From the NCBI GenBank assembly GCA_033852095.1, contig JAWSVD010000074.1, positions 36,225 to 100,224 on the forward strand: a stretch of 64,000 bases of DNA. Direction: 5' to 3'. Of the stretch, positions 56,154 to 64,000 are shown piece by piece; within the stretch, counting starts at the first letter, position 1, and every line of letters starts with the position of its first letter. This stretch comes from Granulosicoccaceae bacterium (GTDB taxonomy: Bacteria > Pseudomonadota > Gammaproteobacteria > CALCKW01). The notes beneath the pieces were generated by a model. The model was not told the origin of the DNA. It saw nothing but the letters and a program-made list of their open reading frames with translations, and searched no databases. The position numbers and the translations under genes were made by a program.

Positions 56154-58010
56154 CAAGCGCTGCGGGAAGAGTACTTCAATTTCGCTGCCACCGCCTCTGC
56201 GCGATCTAAAGACCACTCTGCCACCGAGCAGCGCGGCCCGTGCTTTGATGTTCTGCAGGCCGTAGTGCCCCCCCGAGGTGCTCACGGCTTTTGCGGGGTC
56301 GAATCCCCTGCCATTGTCGGCCACACACAGCGTAACCATGCGCGTATTGCTGTGCATATCAATGCGCAGCTTTTCAGCCTTCCCATGCCGAATAGCGTTG
56401 TGGATGCACTCTTGAACAATACGGTAGACATGGTGACGCTGCTCACTCGGCAGCAAGATATCCTGCAAATGCAACTCAAACTCAAGCTCGTTTCTCTGCT
56501 GTAAATCGCTGCACTCTTGCTGAATCAACTTGTTCAGTTCTACCGCATCGGTGGGACCGCTGAGCTCTCCCAATGCATGCCGCAGATCCACGATACTGGC
56601 GTCTATCTCTTTGTTTAAATCACTCAGATAGTCTGAGTCAGCCTGCTGGCGCGCCAGGCTGAGCAGCAGCTTCGACGAAGCCAGACGCTGGCCAATGCCG
56701 TCGTGTAAATCGCGCGACACGGCTTTCCGGGATTCTTCTATACGGCGTAGATAACCCTGCGTGGCGGCGCTGAAATCCCGGCGCAATTGCCACAGCGCTT
56801 GAAAATAGGCAATCAGCAAGGCGAAGCGAAACACCACGCTGCCGATCTGGATATTTCGGTGCGCCCAGACATCCGTCGGCAACCACTGGGTACGGATGCT
56901 GAGCATATAGACAAGCAGCCCAAGTAACTGGGCGACACCGCCGGTGCGCCGATCTCTGACAGCCAACACGGCGCAATACAAGGCGTAAAAAAGTGCCGCT
57001 GGAACCAGTAAGCTGCACGCCTTCCACGCCAGCGTTTTGGCCCATTCGCCGACGCCAGGCGCCAAAACGATGATGACCGCCAACACCCAAACAATCCCTA
57101 GGAGCTGCATCAATCGGGTTGGGATATCACGCTGTTGAGCCCAAAAATACAGGGCATTCGCCAGCGGCACCAGCAGCATTGAGGCCATAAAAAGCTGATC
57201 AGTCGGTAGCCAGTGAAAACGCAGCAAATACAGTAAATCATGGCCCACTGAGCCCATGAACAACAACAGGCTGCCCAGCAGCAACCAACGAAATTCAGGA
57301 AAGGGATAGACCACACCTCGCAGCAAAAATACAATCAAGACCAGATCGGCAAAACCCAGCACGATCATCATCACGTCGATCGCCGCTATGCGGACCACTG
57401 AAGCCGTGCTCTGGGCTTCAAGCGTTGCGGCATTGGCTATGCACACGCCTTCGCGGTGGATACCAGATGCCCCAGGAAACAGCGCGCCCCATGTATCAGC
57501 GAAGCCAATGTACACGCGTATGGCAAGCGTATTCTGACCCTGCCGCAACAGCTCAGGCGCAATTGGATACAGACGCGGCAGGGATTGTGGCTGGCTGTTG
57601 AAAAACTGCCAGGGCTCGCCAAAGCGACCCAGGCCACCAATTTTTTCACCGTTGAGCCAGGTTTCATCGGCGCGCCTGACCCCGCCGATGAACAGAGCGA
57701 GCGGCTCGGCAGCACGCTGATCCCAATCGAAGCGCAAGCGGTACCAGCCGACAATGCCAGCCGCCGGGTTCAAGCGCAGCAGAGCGGGAACATCCACCGC
57801 CTGCCAATCGCTGTGATCAAAATCTGGGATCTGCCAAGCGCGATTATCGCCCTGTTGAAAGACCCAATCTCGATCAAAACACGCCGACACAGCCTCCTGC
57901 GCGGCAACTTGAGTTGAGCAAGCCATCACACAAAACAACATTGTCAGCAGGACTCTACTCTGCACCCATTTCACTGCATGCCACCGGTTTCTAGAGGTTT
58001 TTGATTGCAT
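56139..58010 (-). CDS. Sensor histidine kinase with a 7TMR-DISM periplasmic and 7-TM sensor module and a HisKA_3/HATPase core
   Basis: From the ATG at 58010 it starts with a signal peptide (MQSK..RVLLTMLFCVMACSTQVAAQ). It then has an extracellular DISMED2-like domain, 7 TM helices, an H-box (SRDLHDGIGQRL) and an ATPase domain (DNGRGF...GGHYGLQNI). It overlaps the 3' end of the regulator gene by 15 bp in convergent orientation. The tracked ORF start at 58154 would bury the signal peptide. Confidence 0.75.
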   Translation of the reverse strand: MQSKTSRNRWHAVKWVQSRVLLTMLFCVMACSTQVAAQEAVSACFDRDWVFQQGDNRAWQIPDFDHSDWQAVDVPALLRLNPAAGIVGWYRLRFDWDQRAAEPLALFIGGVRRADETWLNGEKIGGLGRFGEPWQFFNSQPQSLPRLYPIAPELLRQGQNTLAIRVYIGFADTWGALFPGASGIHREGVCIANAATLEAQSTASVVRIAAIDVMMIVLGFADLVLIVFLLRGVVYPFPEFRWLLLGSLLLFMGSVGHDLLYLLRFHWLPTDQLFMASMLLVPLANALYFWAQQRDIPTRLMQLLGIVWVLAVIIVLAPGVGEWAKTLAWKACSLLVPAALFYALYCAVLAVRDRRTGGVAQLLGLLVYMLSIRTQWLPTDVWAHRNIQIGSVVFRFALLIAYFQALWQLRRDFSAATQGYLRRIEESRKAVSRDLHDGIGQRLASSKLLLSLARQQADSDYLSDLNKEIDASIVDLRHALGELSGPTDAVELNKLIQQECSDLQQRNELEFELHLQDILLPSEQRHHVYRIVQECIHNAIRHGKAEKLRIDMHSNTRMVTLCVADNGRGFDPAKAVSTSGGHYGLQNIKARAALLGGRVVFRSRRGGGSEIEVLFPQRLSDTD

Positions 58011-58359
58011 CCATGCGAGAACTCTGTCCAATAATCGCGCCCATTCAATCGGTCCGAACCGCCTTATCAACACAAGCTCGGAGATTGCTTCAAAACACGG
58101 CAACGCGCTTGAGCTGCCACCGAGCCATTGAAAGCTAAACAGCTTTCGGCGCATCCGCGCGATTGAAGAACGGCAGACTGTTCAGTCTGATCAGCCCACG
58201 GCAAATGACTGCAATTCACGCTGCCAAGAAAATTTTAGGGCGGGCTAAGGCCCGGCACAACTGTCGTGCACGACAGGTTAGCAAGGCCACAGGGCGATAA
58301 CAGGAAACCAAACCGCGACACCCCTGCGGCTGCCGCAATATAAAGCCCTGCCGAGGGTT

Positions 58360-58953
58360 TTAAAGCGATGCACTCAAGCGCCAAATCTGTTGACCACTGC
58401 GGTCGTATTTGGCTTCAAAAGGTGTCAGGGGTGCAGAGACAGACATCGGCGCCAGCGCTGATTCAAAACCGTGCAGTTGCAGCGCCTGTTGAAATTCCAG
58501 CGCGTACAGCCGCCAATTGGTGCGCAGCTCCAGCTCTCCGCCCAGGGCCAGCATCGCCGGGAAAACGGGCGCACCGTGCCAGCGACGCCCTAGGTGGGCA
58601 GACTTTGGCCAGGGGTTGGGGTAGAGAATGTAGTGCTTTTGCAGGCGCCACTGCGCATCCCGCGCCAAGCGGTAAAAATCATTGAGATCTGCGCGCAATA
58701 ACAACAGATTATCAGGCCTGGCCTCATGCTCCTTGCCCAGTCGGTGCGCCGACTTGTCGACCCCGATCACGGCACTCGCCGGGTGCGCTTCGGCGATGAG
58801 CCGACTGCTCTGCCCCACGCCGCAGCAGGCGTCGAAGATCAACGGGCGCTCGCCCTGCTGCTCGCGCCAGCGCTGCGCCTGCTCAAACGCCTGCACGGAG
58901 TGCTCGCTGATGGGCTTGGCAAACAGCGAGCGCCGGTGCTTCAGAACCGTCAC
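58360..58953 (-). CDS. TrmB-like SAM-dependent methyltransferase (tRNA guanine-N7 methyltransferase family)
   Basis: It has motif I (LIFDACCGVGQSS, VIGVDKS) and the TrmB-type YPNPWPKSAHLGRRW motif (compare FPDPWHKARHNKRR). The ATG-less tracked ORF would overlap the upstream gene by 89 bp, so the start is probably the GTG at 58953 or the TTG at 59013. Confidence 0.45.
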   Translation of the reverse strand: MTVLKHRRSLFAKPISEHSVQAFEQAQRWREQQGERPLIFDACCGVGQSSRLIAEAHPASAVIGVDKSAHRLGKEHEARPDNLLLLRADLNDFYRLARDAQWRLQKHYILYPNPWPKSAHLGRRWHGAPVFPAMLALGGELELRTNWRLYALEFQQALQLHGFESALAPMSVSAPLTPFEAKYDRSGQQIWRLSASL

Positions 58954-59026
58954 TTCTAGGTTCTTATGAATCCCCTCTTGGTTCGAGGTGACGGATCGAG
59001 ATAATGCGTCCAACGGGCGGTTTTCC

Positions 59027-60250
59027 TCAGTGGGAGACGGGTTCGTGCGCCTCGGGTTGCATGTCCAAGTGCAGAGTATCGCCCAGATAGGGGTGGGCCT
59101 GCACCACTTCGTCATCCAGCTCTATGCCCAGACCCGGCGCCGTTGGCGGGATGACGTAACCCGCCTCCCATTCGATGGGCCGCTTCAGCAGCTTCGCCTG
59201 GAAGCCGTCCCAGCGCTGGATACTCTCGAGGATAAGGAAATTCGGGGAGCAGGTCGCCAGCTGGACATTGGCAGCCCCGACAACAGGTCCGCAGTAGAGG
59301 TGTGGCGCAATGTGCGCCTGGTGCACCTCAGCCAAAGCGGCAATTTTCTTTGCCTCAAGAATGCCACCAACCCGGCCCAGGTTCATCTGCACAATGGACG
59401 CGGCACCCGACTCGAGTACCCGTGCGAATTCGTATTTGGTACAGAGCCTTTCGCCGGTCGCGATAGGCACAGAGGTAAACCGTGCCACTTCAGCCATTAA
59501 CTCGGGGCGCTCAGGCGGGATGGGCTCTTCGAACCACAGCGGGTTTGTGGACTCGATCATGCGCGCCATGCGCTTGGCGCCGGACACAGAAAACTGCCCA
59601 TGTGTGCCAAACAGAATATCGGCCCGGGTACCGACAGCCTCGCGGATCCGCTGACAAAACAAGGCGCTGCGCTCCAAGTCCTCCAACAGCGGCTGATGAC
59701 CGTCGTAGATAGTGTAGGGTCCCGCCGGGTCAAACTTTACAGCTGTGAAACCCTTGTCCACCCAGTCCAATGCGAGCTGTGCCGCAGTGTCAGGATCACT
59801 GTAGACCCGCGCACTCTCTTCACTTGCCGCGTGCGCATCAGTCTCACCCGGCGGGTACAAGTAGGTGTAGCTGCGCAGCCGCTGGTGCACGCGCCCACCC
59901 AGTAGCTCGTAGACCGGTTTGTCCGCAGCCTTTCCGATGATGTCCCAGCAGGCCATCTCTATACCGCTCAAGACCCCCATCACGGTCACATCGGGCCTAT
60001 GGGTAAACCCCCCGCCGTAGACGCGGCGCCACTGTTTTTCCACGTGGTGCGGGTCCTGCTCCGCAAAATAGCGCGCAAACATCTCCACCGCCATTTGCGC
60101 CACCAGATGAGGACCGAAGGTGGCGTTGTAGATCTCCCCGATGCCTTCCACGCCGCAACTGGTGCGCAGCCGCACAAAGATAAAGTAACGCCCGCCGCGC
60201 CGGGGCGGTGGGTTGCCGACGACCATCGTCTCTATGGTTTGCAGTTTCAT
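59027..60250 (-). CDS. Enolase-superfamily enzyme (mandelate racemase/muconate lactonizing enzyme family; sugar-acid dehydratase-like)
   Basis: It has an N-terminal capping domain and a TIM barrel with metal ligands in ..KFDPAG.., ..EEP.. and ..ESI... contexts. I use the ATG at 60250 (MKLQTIETMVVGN). Confidence 0.7.
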   Translation of the reverse strand: MKLQTIETMVVGNPPPRRGGRYFIFVRLRTSCGVEGIGEIYNATFGPHLVAQMAVEMFARYFAEQDPHHVEKQWRRVYGGGFTHRPDVTVMGVLSGIEMACWDIIGKAADKPVYELLGGRVHQRLRSYTYLYPPGETDAHAASEESARVYSDPDTAAQLALDWVDKGFTAVKFDPAGPYTIYDGHQPLLEDLERSALFCQRIREAVGTRADILFGTHGQFSVSGAKRMARMIESTNPLWFEEPIPPERPELMAEVARFTSVPIATGERLCTKYEFARVLESGAASIVQMNLGRVGGILEAKKIAALAEVHQAHIAPHLYCGPVVGAANVQLATCSPNFLILESIQRWDGFQAKLLKRPIEWEAGYVIPPTAPGLGIELDDEVVQAHPYLGDTLHLDMQPEAHEPVSH

Positions 60251-60480
60251 CCGACTTTCATCCACGTAGATAAGCTCAAACCACTCTAGCCGCTGCAATA
60301 CCCAAAGGCGCTTTTATTGACGACCAGACTGCAGAGAAAACGTCGAGTGCCATCACTCGCGGCCAAATCTGCTCGACAAGCGCAGCTATGCCCACCCTGT
60401 TTGTAGTACTCAAAGACACTAACACGGCAAAGTTTATCGCCGGTCTGCCGCTCACGCTGCATGAACTTTGAGTAACGTAC

Positions 60481-61080
60481 ATGCCCATTTCAAAAAATTC
60501 CGCGATCGCTATTTGCACCGTTTCGGCAATTTTCTTGTTCGCGGGCGACGGCATGTCAATCCCTCCGGACACGGGTGCCTTGACCGACAGGGCCGCAAAC
60601 CGCGCTGCCTTGCCAAAACCCCGCGCGAAGCCGTCTTTGATCATCGGTCAAAAAACCAAGCTGTTCATGGGAAATGACGCCTACCTATTTGGCACACGGG
60701 CGCCGAGCACCACCGCCGGCATCCAACAACCCAGCTACCGTGTGGGCATGGGCAAAGAGTTCGACCGCAGCGGCGGCGGCAGCGTATTGGGCGAACTGAG
60801 CTTTTCGCCGATCGACACAGCGGCCGAGCAGAGCTCTCGCGCAGCGGCAAGTACACGGCTTTCCGCCGCCTACTTACGCCAGATCAACCAGCGCGCCGAT
60901 ATCCGAGCGGCCCTGAGCGCAGACCTAGGCGCCACTAATAACTGGTCCACAGTAGAGCTGCAGCTGTCATTGAAATTGAGCGATCAGCTCTCGCTCAAAC
61001 TCAATCACGACAACGGAAGAGCCAATCACGGCCCAGAACGCGAGCATTCCACCGGTCTGTCCATGCAAAGAAATTTCTGA
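60481..61080 (+). CDS. Hypothetical secreted/outer-membrane protein
   Basis: It has a signal-peptide-like N-terminus (AIAICTVSAIFLFAGDG), a Gly/Ser/Ala-rich central region, and a C-terminus ..LSMQRNF ending in Phe as beta-barrel OMPs often do. Confidence 0.4.
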   Translation: MPISKNSAIAICTVSAIFLFAGDGMSIPPDTGALTDRAANRAALPKPRAKPSLIIGQKTKLFMGNDAYLFGTRAPSTTAGIQQPSYRVGMGKEFDRSGGGSVLGELSFSPIDTAAEQSSRAAASTRLSAAYLRQINQRADIRAALSADLGATNNWSTVELQLSLKLSDQLSLKLNHDNGRANHGPEREHSTGLSMQRNF

Positions 61081-61241
61081 TTTATCAGATAGATATGTAA
61101 TTGTTGCAAAAATAACTTCACTTTCTTTTCACTCATACTTGAATAGTCCTTCAACTAGGCTATATTTATGAGCAGTTGTTCAACAACTGCGATTGATGAA
61201 GTGCTCTGGCCAGTGGCAGCGAACAAGACCAAGGATGGATC

Positions 61242-61567
61242 GGCACACGGATGTGCAAGCTCGCCGCCAATTTCAATTGCTGGAGAAAGCTAGACCCGAG
61301 AAGATCAAGGACGATCACTGGCACACGGATGTGCATTCTCGACCAGTGTTCTGAAGTACCTGAACACACCGGCAAGCGCCGAATAGCTCGGCGATTGCGC
61401 GAAGGCACAGGGATGTGCCTAAAAACGTTAGCTGTAGGTTTTTGATTTTGAAGTAGACATGTCGACGATTACTTCGGGGCCGCCGAGCAGATCAGGATGA
61501 TCTTATTCGGCCCAGCCCTTGACCAGCAGACCATGGATGGACCTTCGCACAAGGACGTGCACTCTCG
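61242..61567. repeat. Four dispersed copies of a roughly 22-nt motif (GGCACACGGATGTGCAnnCTCG)
   Basis: The copies lie at 61242-61263, 61320-61341, 61404-61419 (degenerate) and 61546-61567, spaced 78, 84 and 142 bp apart. Copies 1 and 4 share an upstream GGATGGAYC extension. Confidence 0.6.
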
Positions 61568-61585
61568 CCCCACAGTACCCCTGAG

Positions 61586-61630
61586 CACGGTTCAGTTAAT
61601 CACCACGATTAACTGGCCGTGTTTTTTTTT
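61586..61630 (+). terminator. Plus-strand intrinsic terminator ending the repeat-containing non-coding region
   Basis: The sequence is CACGG-ttca-GTTAATC-accac-GATTAAC-tgg-CCGTG followed by TTTTTTTTT. No matching T-tract exists for the minus strand. Confidence 0.55.
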
Positions 61631-61652
61631 GCGCTAACGCCGAGCCGCCGCC

Positions 61653-62549
61653 CTACGCCCCGCCCAACTGGCTTGCAAACAGCTCCGTCAAGACCTCGAT
61701 GTTGTTTCTCCCTGTGTAGTTAGCACGGCTGATCATGGCGATGCTGCGGTGTGGCCCAGGCGCATCGAGGTGCACCGCGGCCAACTCAGACGCGTCGGTA
61801 ATCAGCTGCTCCAGCGCCATTTCAGGCACCAGTGTGGTGCCCATGCGTCCCGCCACCATCTGTATCAATGTATACAGACTGGTGTGACCTAAGGCCTCAT
61901 TGCCAGAATGAAGTTTGAGGTGACACGCCGCCAGCGCGTGATCTTTCAGGCAATGCCCGTCTTTCAGCAACAACAACTTACGCGCGTCCAGCTCATCCAC
62001 CGTGACCTGCTCTTTGGCGGCGATGGGGTCAGTGCGATGCGCCACCAGATAAAAATCTTCACGCCAGAATTCACTCACATTCAGCCCGTCCAGCGGGTAT
62101 GGCAAGGCGACAATGGCCGCGTCCAGATCGCCGCGCCGCACCAGGTCCACCAGGCGCGCACTTTGCTCCTCGACAATGGAAAGCTGGAAATCCGGGTGCT
62201 GTAGCCGCACCGCCGGCAATACTTTTGGCAGCAGATAGGGGCCAATCGTCGGGATCACACCCAGCGCCATGGGATAACTCAGGGGGTTCTGGCCCTGCTG
62301 TGAAATCTGCAGCAATTCATCCATCTGACCGAGGATCAGCCGCGCTTGCTTCAGCACCCGCTCCCCCATGGGGGTCACCAGCACGCGCTTGTTGTCGCGC
62401 TCAAAGAGCTGCACATCCAGCTGATGCTCCATTTCAGCGATGGCGCTGCTCAGGGCTGATTGCGACACGGAACAGCGCTCAGCCGCCCGCTTGAAGTGGC
62501 GTTCCTTGTCGACTGCAACCGCGTAATTAAGCTGTTTGAGGGACACCAT
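61653..62549 (-). CDS. oxyR: Hydrogen-peroxide-responsive LysR-family regulator OxyR
   Basis: It has a LysR HTH (HFKRAAERCSVSQSALSSAI) and a redox Cys pair in OxyR context (GHCLKDHALAACH versus E. coli GHCLRDQAMGFCF). It is divergent from ahpC. Confidence 0.8.
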   Translation of the reverse strand: MVSLKQLNYAVAVDKERHFKRAAERCSVSQSALSSAIAEMEHQLDVQLFERDNKRVLVTPMGERVLKQARLILGQMDELLQISQQGQNPLSYPMALGVIPTIGPYLLPKVLPAVRLQHPDFQLSIVEEQSARLVDLVRRGDLDAAIVALPYPLDGLNVSEFWREDFYLVAHRTDPIAAKEQVTVDELDARKLLLLKDGHCLKDHALAACHLKLHSGNEALGHTSLYTLIQMVAGRMGTTLVPEMALEQLITDASELAAVHLDAPGPHRSIAMISRANYTGRNNIEVLTELFASQLGGA

Positions 62550-62680
62550 AAACAATCACTCTATGTTCTAAAAAACCGGATGTACCATGCTAGATTATCA
62601 ACTTGAACTAATCATCACAAGCTCTTAGAATCTGCCGCTGTTTGTAGATAAACCTTAAATACACTTGGAGCTCCACCCCG

Positions 62681-63244
62681 ATGTCCATGATCAACAAATC
62701 GATCCCTGAATTCACTTGCCAGGCATTTCACGACGGTGAATTTAAAACTGTCACGTCTGATGACGTGAAAGCTCAGTGGTCAATTTTTCTTTTCTACCCA
62801 GCGGATTTCACCTTTGTTTGCCCCACCGAACTCGAAGACATGGCCAAGCACTACGAAGAGCTGCAAGGCCTGGGCGTGGAAGTCTACTCCGTCTCCACCG
62901 ACACCCACTTCGTGCACAAGGCATGGCATGACGCCTCCGATGCAATCGGCACCATCAACTACCCCATGCTCGCCGATCCCACGGGCGCACTCACCCGTGG
63001 CTTTGATGTGATGATTGAAGAAGACGGCCTGGCGCTGCGCGGCACCTTCCTCGCCAACCCTGAAGGCATCATCAAAGTCGCCGAGATCCATGACCTGGGC
63101 ATCGGCCGATCAGCCAAAGACATGGTGCGCAAAGTGAAGGCAGCGCAGTACGTCGCCACACACGACGGTGAAGTTTGCCCTGCGGCCTGGGAAGAAGGCG
63201 AGAAGACCCTGACCCCAAGCTTGGATCTGGTCGGCAAGATCTAA
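62681..63244 (+). CDS. ahpC: Alkyl hydroperoxide reductase C (typical 2-Cys peroxiredoxin)
   Basis: The 187-aa protein carries [18 protein letters not shown] (peroxidatic Cys) and a resolving Cys in GEVCPA. Confidence 0.95.
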   Translation: MSMINKSIPEFTCQAFHDGEFKTVTSDDVKAQWSIFLFYPADFTFVCPTELEDMAKHYEELQGLGVEVYSVSTDTHFVHKAWHDASDAIGTINYPMLADPTGALTRGFDVMIEEDGLALRGTFLANPEGIIKVAEIHDLGIGRSAKDMVRKVKAAQYVATHDGEVCPAAWEEGEKTLTPSLDLVGKI

Positions 63245-63416
63245 ACCCCAAGGCGCGTCATGGGATTGAACTGGTAGGCTGCTGCGATACAGTGGCGCTG
63301 CCAGCATCTCCGATGATGCCGCCGTCAGCACCTGCCTGACACCCGGCTGGGGTGGCCGCCACCCCGCCCCCGCACTGCCCCCCGTTTTTTATTCCTATTC
63401 ATGACCAGGTGAAGAC

Positions 63417-64000
63417 ATGCTCACGCCAGAAATTCTTGAAGCCGTAAAATCATACGCCGCCAACATGCAGAACCCCGTGAGTTTCGTGCTGCAAACTGGG
63501 GAGCACAGCAAACGCTCAGAGCTGGTCGACTTTCTCAGTGCACTGGCGGCCTGCTCCGACAACATCGGCTTTGAAGAACGCGACACCGAGGGTGAGCTGC
63601 GCAGCGCGATGAGCTTCCGTCTAGAAGTCGCGGGCGAGCCCAACGGCATTGTTTTCTCTGGCATCCCGGGCGGGCACGAATTCAACTCACTGATACTCGC
63701 GGTATTGCACAGCTCTGGCACTGACAGCAAGCTCGATGAGCCGGTAAAGAACCTGATCAAAGCGGTGCAAGAGCCGCTGAAATTTGAAGTATTCATCAGT
63801 CTGAGCTGCCACAACTGCCCCGACATCGTGCAGTCGCTGAACAAATTCGCCCTGCTCAACCCGGCCATCAGCTGCGAGATGATCGACGGCGGTCTGTACC
63901 CTTCGCTGATAGAGCAGCGCAACATACAAGGCGTGCCGACTGTCTTCTTAAACGGCGAATTATTTGCCAACGGCAAAATAGACACAGCGCAATTGGTGGG
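63417..64000 (+). CDS. ahpF: Alkyl hydroperoxide reductase subunit F. The gene is truncated at the window end, so only its N-terminal part is present.
   Basis: The plus-strand translation from the ATG at 63417 reads MLTPEILEAVKSYAANMQNPVSFVLQTG...FISLSCHNCPDIVQSLNKFALLNP. It has the AhpF N-terminal redox domain with CxxC and no stop before the window end. Confidence 0.85.
   Translation, partial: MLTPEILEAVKSYAANMQNPVSFVLQTGEHSKRSELVDFLSALAACSDNIGFEERDTEGELRSAMSFRLEVAGEPNGIVFSGIPGGHEFNSLILAVLHSSGTDSKLDEPVKNLIKAVQEPLKFEVFISLSCHNCPDIVQSLNKFALLNPAISCEMIDGGLYPSLIEQRNIQGVPTVFLNGELFANGKIDTAQLV

Overview
This 64-kb window is a high-GC gammaproteobacterial chromosome region, with Pseudomonas/Cellvibrionales-like gene order. 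It is mostly core housekeeping operons on the minus strand: cdsA-uppS-frr-pyrH-tsf-rpsB, then map-glnD-dapE, ppiD, hupB, lon, clpX, clpP and tig. These are flanked by two tRNA clusters (Asp-Asp-Val, and Pro-Arg-His-Leu). Next come cysS, ppiA-ppiB-lpxH, the recO-era-rnc-lepB-lepA operon, and the sigma-E operon rpoE-rseA-rseC-mucD, which has no rseB. Further along are orn/rsgA, fhs, oxyR-ahpCF, a two-component system and several metabolic genes. I found no CRISPR array, transposase, integrase or recognisable defence genes. The most interesting non-core content is a compact one-carbon/corrinoid module at about 44.3-50.2 kb. It encodes a B12-binding corrinoid protein, a DUF1638-like protein, a small acidic protein, a MetF-like methylene-THF reductase, an MtrH/AcsE-like methyl-THF:corrinoid methyltransferase and a RACo-type [2Fe-2S]/ASKHA reductive activator. 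It sits among other C1/serine-glycerate genes (fhs, sdaA, ghrA-like, glycerate kinase). Other oddities are a tandem pair of DUF4845 genes split by a 470-bp spacer with a degenerate 14-nt tandem repeat, and a repeat-rich 0.5-kb non-coding stretch with its own intrinsic terminator next to oxyR. There is also a strong-SD 31-codon uORF overlapping the TTG start of a LuxR-type response regulator, and a perfect 19-bp palindrome upstream of fhs. All calls rest on reading the sequence and ORF translations and on remembered family signatures. No database search was possible, so domain names such as DUF1638, DUF4845, DUF455 and DUF3422 are recollection-level assignments.
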